The notes beneath the pieces were generated by a model. It was given only the letters and a program-made list of their open reading frames with translations. It was not told the origin of the DNA and searched no databases. The position numbers were made by a program, and so were the translations under genes. Positions 23,546-36,439 of a stretch of DNA of 64,000 bases are shown here, piece after piece; position 1 is the stretch's first letter, and every line of letters begins with the position of its first letter. Origin of the DNA: Macrostomum hystrix (taxonomy: Eukaryota > Animalia > Platyhelminthes); contig CATNEN010000011.1 in the NCBI GenBank assembly GCA_950097015.1, positions 3,038,001 to 3,102,000 on the forward strand, written 5' to 3'.

Positions 23546-25026
23546 ATTAGAGTTTGAGGAGAGACGATATGCAGAAGAGCTAGCAAAACAATCTTCCCAT
23601 TGTTAGATCAGTTTTTGTCTAAACTCAAACTTTGGTCTGGAAAACAAAGTCACACCTTTAAGAACAGCATCTGCACAGGTGTGTCGCATGAACAGGTTAG
23701 AGAGAAAAAGCAGGCATTAGCTAAAATCTTTGATGGTTTTGAGTTTTTTAGGGAAGACTGGAGTTAGAATGTTTCCCAGACAGAAGTGAAAAATAATGGC
23801 GTGAACGGAGCTGCAGACAGGGGGGCATTGTGACTCGCTTTAAGCTCCATAGTTGTCAGACTTTCCCGACAATTTATGACAGGGATTATCTGATCTTCCC
23901 CTGGCTGGGATCGCTAAACTTATGTTTTCTCGCCTACCCCGCGTCTCAACTCAATGGATGTGTTGCGGAGACAGTTGATTTTTTTCTAACTAGCGTTTTT
24001 GTCGGTTGATTAAGAGGCGTCTTATTAAGAGGTCCTTTCATAGCAGATTATTTCTTGTTTAAAAAATCAGAACGGACAATTAGAGATTTAGGGTTAAGTG
24101 TGGAGGCGAGGGTTAGCTCAGATAATCTAATTTAGCCATCGCAGTTGCTGGATTAAATGCATCACAAAACCGGAGCTTGTCAATGAGTAGTCAGATGATT
24201 ATTTAGTCAGATTAACAAGAATCAAGAATGTCTAGCATGGAAGTGACACAAACAACTTAGTGATTTCTGTTTAAAATTAGTTTTCATTTTAACTTGTGCG
24301 AAATCTTGTGTCAAGAAAACTTTAGCATTTAGATTAGTAAGATCAGGAAAAAGCTCTGATGTGACAAGGCAATATTACATGTCAATCACATGTCAGTTTT
24401 TATCCTGTCCTTGAATCCCATAGTTCTGCTCAAATAATTCACACCAACTAGAATAGTGTTCACTGTTTAACCGATTTTCTATCATTGCTGCCATGCGCGC
24501 ATTTTGAAATTCAAGTAACTCCATTTGAAATTCTTTTTAGTTTTTGCTTACCCAATTCCCTTTATCTTCGACACTGTGGCCTGTGTGGCATATTTCATTA
24601 CTCCTACGAGTCAACTTACAAATCAGTTCAGTGTAACAAAATAGCGCTTTAGCACAGACTTGTACGATCTTTTTTTAACTCCTAAACGAAGTAAACTATA
24701 AGACACTTTTTGTTATTAAGGTCTTTAAAATAGGATAATTTTCTAATTTCTAATAACAACGTCCTGAAACAATCATAAAATTTCCTGAAGGTACCAAGAA
24801 ATGGTCTGAACTTTTTAAATAACAACAGCAGTTAAGTAGCAAAATGGAGAAATAGCAGTATTTCGAAGTATTTCTACTGTTAAGAAACATTATCGATTCG
24901 GCTTCCGTCTTTACATCTGGCCCAACTATCTCTAATGCTCTAATCTCATCTCGGTGAAATGCTTTCAAATTACTACAAGCAACACTCATCAAAACCTACC
25001 AGGCCAGCCAGCCGACAATCTAGACG

Positions 25027-25500
25027 ATGACAGACGCTGACCGAAGCGGACTACTGCAAGCTTTGAACGCTGCCACTCCTATCCTTGACGAAACAAACCG
25101 TCTGTTGAACAATGCCAGTCGTTCAGCGTTAGGACCTGGCAATTCCACTTTTGCCGTCGTCAACTCGTCGCTATCCACCGCGCTGAGGTCGTCCAACGTC
25201 GGTGGTACGTCCTTAAGAGACTTCTCGTCATCGGCGCAGTTCAATTTGACTTCGCCGATCAGCAACAGCTGGCAGAATGCGTCGACAAATGCGGGGCCGG
25301 GTGTTTACGACGAGTATCATTACTGGGTGTTGGTGATGCTGCTGGTTCCTTTCCTCACAATCTTTGGCAACATCCTGGTAGTTCTGGCCGTTTGTCGGGA
25401 ACGCAGCCTGCAGAGCGCCACAAACTACTTCATTGTGTCACTGGCTTTTGCGGACATTCTGGTGGCCGCTATTGTGATGCCTGTTTCGGTTATTGTCGAG
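25027..25500 (+). CDS. DRD2: D2-like dopamine receptor (class A aminergic GPCR), coding exon 1 of 4 (model 25027-25500, 31347-31459, 37718-38547, 40273-40505)
   Basis: Long N-terminus with several N-X-S/T sequons; TM1 [10 protein letters not shown]; ICL1 [19 protein letters not shown]; TM2. Donor GAG|gtgagt, phase 0. Upstream acceptor ctaccag| at 25002/25003. Confidence 0.88.
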
Positions 25501-25519
25501 GTGAGTGCGCGGCTTATCG

Positions 25520-25623
25520 CGAGAGTTTACTGGAGTTCATCGTGAGAGTTTACAAGAGTTTATCGTGAGAGTTTGCTAGAGTTTATCGTGAGAGTTTACT
25601 AGAGTTTATCGTGAGAGTTTACT
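25520..25623. repeat. Short 23-bp tandem repeat just after the receptor exon-1 donor
   Basis: Unit TATCGTGAGAGTTTACTAGAGTT, about 4 copies. Confidence 0.85.
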
Positions 25624-25994
25624 GAATTCCAGCTATTGTGCAAGTTGCGCTAAAAACAAGAGGTGTTATGCGGCTGTCAGTTAAAACTCATGTCTATTTG
25701 AAAATGCGTATTAAAAACTATAATATAAATTCATAGTCAATCAATAAATTTAGTCGATTCTGAGACTTTATTGTTTTTCTTAAATTTGAATGACAGTTTT
25801 TAATTTTAGTGAGTCTTGCAATCTTGAGTACGAATCGGCGTAACACTACAATATTTATTCTTTATCAGGAATGTCAATCAAAAACTATTTTTTTCTCGTA
25901 GTTTCTCGCTTGCTCGTTTAAGTAATGCTAACTGCATGACGATATGAAGAAAATAAGGAGTTTAATGATAATTATCTAGTATTTTTCTCCTAAT

Positions 25995-26408
25995 TAGTGG
26001 ATTAACTGGAGTTATCAGATTAACGGAAGTTATCAGATTAACAACAGAAGTTATCAGATTAACGGAAGTTACCAGATTAACGGAAGTTACCAGATTAACG
26101 GAAGTTATCAAATTAACGGAAGTTATCAGATTAACAACAGAAGTTATCAGATTAACGGAAGTTACCAGATTAACGGAAGTTACCAGATTAACGGAAGTTA
26201 ACAGATTAACGGAAGTTAACAGATTAACGGAAGTTACCAGATTAACGGAAGTTACCAGATTGACGGAAGTTACCAGATTAACGGAAGTTATCAGATTAAC
26301 GGAAGTTATCAGATTAACAACAGAAGTTATCAGATTAACGGAAGTTATCAGATTAACGGAAGTTATCAGATTAACGGAAGTTATCAGATTAATGGAAGTT
26401 ACTAGATT
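25995..26408. repeat. 18-bp minisatellite with 21-bp variants
   Basis: Unit CAGATTAACGGAAGTTA(T/C); variant CAGATTAACAACAGAAGTTAT. Confidence 0.95.
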
Positions 26409-27004
26409 ATCAAAAATTGGAATAAACAAACAGGGGATAGGTATATTAGTTAGCTATTTATAGGTGTTATTTAACGAATAACGAAAAAGCGTTTAGTAAC
26501 GCACCCAAACTTCATAATAATTGAAGCACTTTTTTTAACTGACATGGCGCAACTCGTTGGCACCATTTCAACATACTTTTGCCCAGCCAAATAGCCAGCT
26601 ATTGCTAACTCATATTGAAACAATGGTTTAAACTGCATGTGTTTCTAACTAATATTGGATCAGTGCGGCAAAGTCAGGACAATGCTTCTCCACAATGCTC
26701 TCTCTCTGCTATGCGTGCTATATGCTGACAAATAAAAGAAGCAGTTTTCTTTCCAAAGCACCACTCTTGTCGGTCAATAAGGAAGGCTTAAAGAATGTGA
26801 GCATTTTTGCCTCTTTTAGAGTACTTGAAAGTGACTTGAAAAATGCTGTTCAAATTTTTCTTAAACTTTATTCCGATCCGATTGATTGTTGGCTGACAAA
26901 AATAACTTTTTCCTTCTTCGCCTTTCAACGATTTCTCAATTTGTCTCTCCCTGGCGCTCTGGTTTCTGCCTTACTTCCAGATTTTTTCCTGATTGTCTTC
27001 CAGA

Positions 27005-27820
27005 CTCTCTTCCTGTCTGTCTTCCTGTCTGTCTTCCTGTCAGTCTTCTTGTCTATCTTCCTGTCTGTCTTCCTGTCTGTCTTCCTATCTGTCTTCTTGT
27101 CTATCTTCCTGTCTGTCTTCCTGTCTGTCTTCCTTTCTGTCTTCCTGTCAGTCTTCTTGTCTGTCTGTCTTCCTGTCTGTCTTCTTGTCTGTCTTCCTGT
27201 CTGTCTTCCTGTCAGTCTTCTTGTCTATCTTCCTGTCTGTCTTCCTGTCTGTCTTCCTATCTGTCTTCTTGTCTATCTTCCTGTCTGTCTTCCTGTCTGT
27301 CTTCCTTTCTGTCTTCCTGTCAGTCTTCTTGTCTGTCTGTCTTCCTGTCTGTCTTCTTGTCTGTCTTCTTGTCTGTCTTCTTGTCTGTCTTCTTGTCTGT
27401 CTTCTTGTCTGTCTTCTTGTCTGTCTTCCTGTCTGTCTTCTTGTATTTCTGTCTTCTTGTCTGTCTGTCTTCTTGTCTGTCTTCTTGTCTGTCTTCTTGT
27501 CTGTCTGTCTTCTTGTCTGTCTTCCTGTCTGTCTGTCTTCCTGTCTGTCTTCCTGTCTGTCTTCTTGTATTTCTGTCTTCTTGTCTGTCTGTCTTCTTGT
27601 CTGTCTTACCTTGTATAATTCTGTCTTCTTGTCTGTCTTCTTGTCTGTCTGTCTTCTTGTCTGTCTTACCTTGTATAATTCTGTCTTCTTGTCTGTCTTC
27701 TTGTCTGTCTTCTTGTCTGTCTGTCTTCTTGTCTGTCTTCTTGTCTGTCTTCTTGTCTGTCTTCTTGTCTGTCTATCTTCCTGACTGTCTTCTTGTCTGT
27801 CTTCTTGTCTGTCTGTCTTC
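27005..27820. repeat. 12-bp pyrimidine-rich minisatellite
   Basis: Unit TCTGTCTTC(C/T)TG. Confidence 0.95.
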
Positions 27821-28622
27821 CTCTCGATGGCTTCATCCCCGCCTCCTTAGTCCAGTATTGTTTATATGTCTTCGAAAAGTGCTCTGATCCTGCACGTGGC
27901 CATATCACAGTTTGGAGGCCTCAGACCGTTAAAGTCGCCAGCATTTCAACCAGTAGTTCCCAAAGCAGCATGTCTGATCCACCGAGCTCCGCTGTCCCTA
28001 CTTGTTGTTTTCTAAATTTCTAAATTTAGTTAGCCTCGTCCCCTCATCTGAGACCGTGTGTGCTCATCTCTAGCCTACTCACAGTCTTGCCAACTCCAAG
28101 GCCAAAAAAGCGTAAAAGATAAATGATCTCATGTACTCGCGCGAGCGTTTGCGTGACAAAACTGGCATCAAAACTGGCATGCATTTTATCTTTCTCTTCA
28201 AACAAGAGAAAGATCTCTGAACTAGACTTGTCACGACTTTCCGACCTATTGGCATTGTGTGGGATCAGAGGGACGATCTGAATCCCAATACTCACTTTCG
28301 CGACCAACACAATTAAAGTGGGCTTAACGAGAGGTCAGCCTAGCCGGGACAGAGGCCAAGATTTGTCCTATCCGATGCCACAGTCTAATATTCTCAACTT
28401 ATTCTCAGCTTTATCGAATCTGGCTGGAAATCCTCTTTATAACAAAATGATACGAAAAGTAATAACTCTAAAAAAAGATTATAATTCATTTTCTGCGTTC
28501 TCTAAGTAAAAATAGTCAAGTGGGTTTCATTTTGTAGGAGGGAAAGAAAGTAACTTTTTATTTTGGACGCAATGCTCTTTTAAGAAGTTTGCTTTCAAAA
28601 CTAGCTGGATTAGATTAAAATT

Positions 28623-30248
28623 TGAGATACTGACACTAAAATCTCACCCTCTGACCAATGAGATACTGACACTAAAATCTCACCCTCTGACCAATGAGAT
28701 ACTGACACTGGAATCTCACCCTCTGACCAATGAGATACTGACACTGGAATCTCACCCTCTGACCAATGAGATACTGACACTAAAATCTCACCCTCTGACC
28801 AATGAGATACTGACACTGGAATCTCACCCTCTGACCAATGAGATACTGACATTGGAATCTCACCCTCTGACAAATGAGATAGTGACCCTGGAATCTCACC
28901 CTCTGACCAATGAGATAGTGACCCTGGAATCTCACCCTCTGACCAATGAGATACTGACACTAAAATCTCACCCTCTGACCAATGAGATACTGACACTAAA
29001 ATCTCACCCTCTGACCAATGAGATACTGACACTAAAATCTCACCCTCTGACCAATGAGATACTGACACTAAAATCTCACCCTCTGACCAATGAGATACTG
29101 ACACTAAAATCTCACCCTCTGGCCAATGAGATCCTGACACTAAAATCTCACCCTCTGACCAATGAGATACTGACATTGGAATCTCACCCTCTGACAAATG
29201 AGATAGTGACCCTGGAATCTCACCCTCTGACCAATGAGATAGTGACCCTGGAATCTCACCCTCTGACCAATGATATAGTGACCCTGGAATCTCACCCTCT
29301 GACAAATGAGATAGTGACCCTGGAATCTCACCCTCTGACCAATGAGATAGTGACCCTGGAATCTCACCCTCTGACAAATGAGATAGTGACCCTGGAATCT
29401 CACCCTCTGACAAATGAGATACTGACCCTGGAATCTCACCCTCTGACAAATGAGATACTGACCCTGGAATCTCACCCTCTGACAAATGAGATAGTGACCC
29501 TGGAATCTCACCCTCTGACCAATGAGATACTGACATTGGAATCTCACCCTCTGACCAATGAGATACTGACCCTGGAATCTCACCCTCTGACAAATGAGAT
29601 AGTGACCCTGGAATCTCACCCTCTGACCAATGAGATACTGACCCTGGAATCTCACCCTCTGACCAATGAGATACTGACACTGGAATCTCACCCTCTGACA
29701 AATGAGATACTGACACTGGAATCTCACCCTCTGACCAATGAGATACTGACACTGGAATCTCACCCTCTGACCAATGAGATACTGACACTGGAATCTCACC
29801 CTCTGACAAATGAGATAGTGACCCTGGAATCTCACCCTCTGACAAATGAGATAGTGACCCTGGAATCTCACCCTCTGACCAATGAGATACTGACACTGGA
29901 ATCTCACCCTCTGACCAATGAGATACTGACCCTGGAATCTCACCCTCTGACAAATGAGATAGTGACCCTGGAATCTCACCCTCTGACCAATGAGATACTG
30001 ACCCTGGAATCTCACCCTCTGACCAATGAGATACTGACCCTGGAATCTCACCCTCTGACCAATGAGATACTGACCCTGGAATCTCACCCTCTGACAAATG
30101 AGATAGTGACCCTGGAATCTCACCCTCTGACAAATGAGATAGTGACCCTGGAATCTCACCCTCTGACCAATGAGATACTGACCCTGGAATCTCACCCTCT
30201 GACCAATGAGATACTGACCCTGGAATCTCACCCTCTGACCAGTGAGAT
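28623..30248. repeat. 36-bp minisatellite
   Basis: Unit GAGATACTGACACTGGAATCTCACCCTCTGACCAAT, about 45 copies. Confidence 0.98.
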
Positions 30249-31346
30249 TTCTGTGAGATCTCAGCTTTAAAAAAAAACCAGAAAAGTCTAATGTAATGGA
30301 CAGATTTTTGTGTAACAATATCTATGACTCGAGATTTCAGTTTTCAATGAATTTTTTGTGCCATACAAGAACAAAGGGTTTGTTCCTTATAATCATCTAT
30401 TTCAGTGAGTACCTAAAATTGTGTATTTGATTATTTCAAATCATTCATACTGGAAATGCTTTCTAATTTCACATTGCAACTCACGCACAGTAGCATAAAC
30501 TTCTCTACGAGCAAGTGAACTAAGCTATACACACGGAATCACTATGAGCATATAGACATTATTTAGTGCCAGTATCGGCCGGGGCTATAATAGCTTGCAC
30601 TTATCTGATGTCTCTAGAATATTTTGTTCAGAACTTTCGCACTAGATTTCAATCTAAGGATCGACGCGAACTCAGAACTTCTCTGCGTGCCTGACTCTCT
30701 GACTCAGTGAGATAAAAGTGCATCGGTTAACAGTAGGACTACGAAGGCCTTGAAGGTCCAGCAAATCCGTCTAGATAAAGGAAGGTGACCACCGAAGACG
30801 GAGATGACGCAGGCACATTCGGGTGACATGCTTATCAATTTTGAATGCCTGGCAAGGCCGCACTGAGGCGCAGTGCTAATTCGTGTATTGGGGTGTATGA
30901 AATACACTAGCGCTGATGGGAAAAATCTGACCTTCGACCAGAACCATTGAATATCTCGACGGTCTGAAGACTTCTTGAGTTTCGTGTGCTGGCGTTGTTC
31001 CGTTCGTGTGCAGCGGAAAAAATAGTCGGGAGAATTCCAACCTATTGGTTGTTGTACTGTTAAAATATACCCACTGTGGCCTGCAGTGGTTAGCTGGTGA
31101 ACACAACAGAGCGTTACATCCTTGGTTGTCGAAAAAATCTCTTAAATAACTAACCGTAGTGGGAAAATGTTTTACGTCAAACTTTCTTGTACCATGAACC
31201 ATCATTTGGGATAAACTGTTTACAGTTGGATGTCTTCAGTTGAAGTCTTTGAAGAGCGGTCCTTTATTTGTCTTTTGAAGACATTCACAAAGTTTGACCG
31301 AGTTTTGAATTTGACGAAAACTCGCTCAAAAATTTCATCCGCGCAG

Positions 31347-31459
31347 GTTCGCAACGGTCATTGGGATTTCTCCGATCTGCACTGCGACCTGTGGATCATG
31401 TGCGACGCCTTGTTCAGCACTGCCTCCATTCTTAACCTGGTAGCCATCAGTATTGACAG
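31347..31459 (+). CDS. DRD2: D2-like dopamine receptor, coding exon 2 (TM3)
   Basis: Acceptor gcgcag|GTT. Reads [38 protein letters not shown], including the amine-binding Asp3.32. Donor AG|gtgagc, phase 2. Confidence 0.92.
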
Positions 31460-31506
31460 GTGAGCTTTGCCGCTGCATACATTCTATAACAGCACTTATG
31501 CACGCC

Positions 31507-31865
31507 TCTCTCACCCATCTCCACCTTCCCTCTCACACTCTCCACCTTCCCTCTCACACTCTCCACCTTCCCTCTCACACTCTCCACCTTCCCTCTCACA
31601 CTCTCCACCTTCCCTCTCACACTCTCCACCTTCCCTCTCACACTCTCCACCTTCCCTCTCACACTCTCCACCTTCCCTCTCACACTCTCCACCTTCCCTC
31701 TCACACTCTCCACCTTCCCTCTCACACTCTCCACCTTCCCTCTCACACTCTCCACCTTCCCTCTCACACTCTCCACCTTCCCTCTCACACTCTCCACCTT
31801 CCCTCTCACACTCTCCACCTTCCCTCTCACACTCTCCACCTTCCTTCTCACACTCTCCACCTTCC
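31507..31865. repeat. 21-bp pyrimidine-rich minisatellite after the receptor exon-2 donor
   Basis: Unit CTCTCACACTCTCCACCTTCC, followed by a degenerate pyrimidine tract to about 32008. Confidence 0.96.
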
Positions 31866-32959
31866 TCTACCCCTATTCAACTTGCTCTCTTCCCCTCTTC
31901 ACCTTCCTCTCCCCCTCTCCAACTTCCTCTACCCCTCTCCAACTTTCTCTCCCACTCTCCAACTTCCTCCCTCCCCTAATTTTCCTACCCCTTCCTTCTC
32001 ACCTTCCTAAGTCTCCGTTATCCAATGTGTAATCGATTATCAATAAACAGAACAATAAATTTTCAATCCAGGACTCTCATGTACAATTCAGACTGATCCC
32101 ATGCATAGTATTTTAGCGTAGCCAAAGCCGAAAATGGAACTTTAAAACGATATTCTGTCATTAAAAGTCCAAAGTTCTCCACTGGCAAGCTGTGCTTCCT
32201 GCAATCCAATGCAGCTATCGCTTTCACTTGAAGAAGAACTTTGGAAAGAATCAAATTAGATTGAAAAGTTTGGAAACAACAGTTTGATTAAAGCCGGCGA
32301 TAGACTCGTCCCTATATACCGCAGGGAAATTAAGTCTTTCAACTGCTTTCATTCTCTTCGGATTTTATTTGTTGACAGTTTTTTAAAATAGCTCTATCTG
32401 CCCCCATACACCACTGGGCCTGCAGAGACTATAGCCTATCTATCTTTGATTCAATCTCTTGCCCAGCAACACTCCCTCCTCCTACTTGCCTACCAAATGT
32501 GCTTTTTTATCCCAACGTTTTTCCCGTTTTCAAGCGAGCAGTTTTTTTTTAATTCCCATGCCAAAATCGCACTCATGCTTGTCGGTCGCATTAATTTTTG
32601 TTGACATTAATTAGGCAGTGATTTTACAAAAATTGTGGAATACTGATTGGCTTATAAGTTGTTGTTGTCTCATCAATCTCTACTTTTTCCAAACCTCGAA
32701 CGTCTCTTCTGAATAACAAACTTTCAAAGGCTTGTTAATCACATTTTTTATTGCTGTTAACAAACTTTTAGTCCCAAAAATTGTGAATAATTGGAATTGA
32801 CAATAATTCCGATACAGGCTTCAATTTCAAATTCGATTTATAGACCAGATGATGTTACGGTTGTAAACAGCAGATTCTCGTCATGGTGGTTGGTTAACTA
32901 GACTCGAAAATTTATTATTCTTGAAAGAAATGCCCTAAATGAGATCCTAAATATTTGGG

Positions 32960-35790
32960 TGAGATTTAGGAATATAGATTGGAGAGTGGGTGAGATTTTG
33001 AAACCTAGATTGGAGAGTGAGTGAGATTTTGAAACCCAGATTGGAGAGTGAGTGAGATTTTGAAACCTAGATTGGAGAGTGAGTGAAATTTTGAAACCCA
33101 GATTGGAGAGTGAGTGAGATTTTGAAACCTAGATTGGAGAGTGAGTGAAATTTTGAAACCCAGATTGGAGAGTGAGTGAGATTTTGAAACCTAGATTGGA
33201 GAGTGAGTGAGATTTTGAAACCTAGATTGGAGAGTGAGTGAGATTTTGAAACCCAGATTGGAGAGTGAGTGAAATTTTGAAGTCTAATATTAGAGAGTGA
33301 GTGAGATTTTGAAACCTAGATTGGAGAGTGGGTGAAATTTTGAAACCTAGATTGGAGAGTGAGTGAGATTTTGAAACCTAGATTGGAGAGTGAGTGAGAT
33401 TTTGAAACCTAGATTGGAGAGTGGGTGAAATTTTGAATTCTAATATTAGAGAGTGAGTGAGATTTTTAATTCTAATATTAGATAGTGGGTGAGATTTTGA
33501 AACCTAGATTGAAGAGTGTGTGAGATTTAGAAGTCTAATATTAGAGAGTGAGTGAGATTTTGAAACCTAGATTGGAGAGTGAGTGAGATTTTGAAACCTA
33601 GATTGGAGAGTGAGTGAGATTTTGAAACCCAGATTGGAGAGTGAGTGAAATTTTGAAGTCTAATATTAGAGAGTGAGTGAGATTTTGAAACCTAGATTGG
33701 AGAGTGGGTGAAATTTTGAAACCTAGATTGGAGAGTGAGTGAGATTTTGAAACCTAGATTGGAGAGTGAGTGAGATTTTGAAACCTAGATTGGAGAGTGG
33801 GTGAAATTTTGAATTCTAATATTAGAGAGTGAGTGAGATTTTTAATTCTAATATTAGATAGTGGGTGAGATTTTGAAACCTAGATTGGAGAGTGTGTGAG
33901 ATTTTGAAACCTAGATTGGAGAGTGTGTGAGATTTTGAAGTCTAATATTAGATAGTGGGTGACATTTTGAAACCTAGATTGGAGAGTGTGTGAGATTTTG
34001 AAGTCTAATATTAGAGAGTGAGTGAGATTTTGAAACCTAGATTGGAGAGTGGGTGAGATTTTGAAGTCTAATATTAGAGAGTGAGTGAAATTTTGAAACC
34101 TAGATTGGAGTGTGTGAGATTTTGAAACCTAGATTGGAGAGTGGGTGAGATTTAGAAGTCTAATATTAGAGAGTGAGTGAGATTTTTAATTCTAATATTA
34201 GATAGTGGGTGAGATTTTGAAACCTAGATTGGAGAGTGTGTGAGATTTTGAAACCTAGATTGGAGAGTGTGTGAGATTTAGAAGTCTAATATTAGAGAGT
34301 GAGTGAGATTTTGAAACCTAGATTGGAGAGTGGGTGAGATTTTGAAGTCTAATATTAGAGAGTGAGTGAGATTTTGAAACCTAGATTGGAGAGTGGGTGA
34401 GATTTTGAAGTCTAATATTAGAGAGTGAGTGAAATTTTGAAACCTAGATTGGAGTGTGTGAGATTTTGAAACCTAGATTGGAGAGTGGGTGAGGTTTAGA
34501 AATCTCTAATCGGAGAGTGGGTGAGATTTTGAAACCTAGATTGGAGAGTGAGTGAGATTTTGAAACCTAGATTGGAGAGTGAGTGAGATTTTGAAACCCA
34601 GATTGGAGAGTGAGTGAAATTTTGAAGTCTAATATTAGAGAGTGAGTGAGATTTTGAAACCTAGATTGGAGAGTGGGTGAAATTTTGAAACCTAGATTGG
34701 AGAGTGAGTGAGATTTTGAAACCTAGATTGGAGAGTGAGTGAGATTTTGAAACCTAGATTGGAGAGTGGGTGAAATTTTGAATTCTAATATTAGAGAGTG
34801 AGTGAGATTTTTAATTCTAATATTAGATAGTGGGTGAGATTTTGAAACCTAGATTGGAGAGTGTGTGAGATTTTGAAACCTAGATTGGAGAGTGTGTGAG
34901 ATTTTGAAGTCTAATATTAGATAGTGGGTGACATTTTGAAACCTAGATTGGAGAGTGTGTGAGATTTTGAAGTCTAATATTAGAGAGTGAGTGAGATTTT
35001 GAAACCTAGATTGGAGAGTGGGTGAGATTTTGAAGTCTAATATTAGAGAGTGAGTGAAATTTTGAAACCTAGATTGGAGTGTGTGAGATTTTGAAACCTA
35101 GATTGGAGAGTGGGTGAGATTTAGAAGTCTAATATTAGAGAGTGAGTGAGATTTTTAATTCTAATATTAGATAGTGGGTGAGATTTTGAAACCTAGATTG
35201 GAGAGTGTGTGAGATTTTGAAACCTAGATTGGAGAGTGTGTGAGATTTAGAAGTCTAATATTAGAGAGTGAGTGAGATTTTGAAACCTAGATTGGAGAGT
35301 GGGTGAGATTTTGAAGTCTAATATTAGAGAGTGAGTGAGATTTTGAAACCTAGATTGGAGAGTGGGTGAGATTTTGAAGTCTAATATTAGAGAGTGAGTG
35401 AAATTTTGAAACCTAGATTGGAGTGTGTGAGATTTTGAAACCTAGATTGGAGAGTGGGTGAGGTTTAGAAATCTCTAATCGGAGAGTGGGTGAGATTTTG
35501 AAATCTCTAATTGGAGAGTGGGTGAGATTTTGAAATCTCTAATTGGAGAGTGGGTGAGATTTTGAAATCTCTAATCGGAGAGTGGGTGAGATTTTGAAAT
35601 CTCTAATTGGAGAGTGGGTGAGATTTTGAAATCTCTAATCGGAGAGTGGGTGAGATTTTGAAATCTCTAATCGGAGAGTGGGTGAGATTTTGAAATCTCT
35701 AATTGGAGAGTGGGTGAGATTTTGAAACCTAGATTGAAGAGTGGGTGAGATTTTAAAATATAGATAGGAGAGTTGGTGAGATTTTGATTT
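32960..35790. repeat. 31-bp satellite with a 969-bp higher-order duplication
   Basis: Unit AGATTGGAGAGTGAGTGAGATTTTGAAACCT with GTCTAATATTAG variants. Confidence 0.98.
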
Positions 35791-36439
35791 CTCTAATCGG
35801 TATGGTTGTGAGATGTTTTTAAAGTAGACTTGTAAATTTTTATGAGCTAGGAAAAAAATCCTAGCTAAAAATGCGTGCTCAAATATTTTCCAGATAAAGA
35901 ATACTACTCACATCGCACTACTGCTCAGCTTAGTGCAGTTAGTTATCCCAGTTACACAGAGCTACTCTGATTCACCCCCTTGCTCGCCCAGCTGTCCCCA
36001 AAATTGTCAGAGTTCGCGGCAAGTGCACTTTTTGGTCAGCGCCTGGATACAACAACCTCCCCGCCGCCCACTTCTTACCTTTAGTCGCTGAGTATTTATA
36101 AACACGAAATCAAATTTCCAAAATCCAATGAGACTCCCGGTGGGACCAAAGCAGGCTATGAGGATATTTTTCTAGGCGCTGGTTTTTAAGGGTAAAGAGA
36201 TTTTCGTTGAATTTTTTTTCACTTACGGCTTATCTGGCTCGTGTTTATGCGTAAAATTAGCTTCGCAAACTTGTGTGGGGCTGGAACTCCTGCTCAGAAC
36301 TTTCTGAGTACAGTGGGGAAATTTTTTTGATCGAGGAGCGCGCAACAAATTATCATCTTATGAGCATTTTTTAGATTGCCTGTAATCCAGAATCTAAAAT
36401 GTGCACTAATCTACTTTTTAGAATCCTCATCATCCATTT

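Noticed and set aside
26695-27887. Hydrophobic multi-TM-looking or Cys/Ser-rich ORFs
   Set aside because: 12-bp TCTG-rich repeat; low-complexity artefact.
28610-30318. Long ORFs of 392-507 aa on both strands
   Set aside because: Pure translations of the 36-bp repeat, open in several frames at once and lying inside a receptor intron.
30704-32254. Short non-repeat minus-strand ORFs within receptor introns (30704-30907, 30876-31205, 32063-32254)
   Set aside because: No recognisable domain and no phase-consistent exon chain; lengths are compatible with chance.
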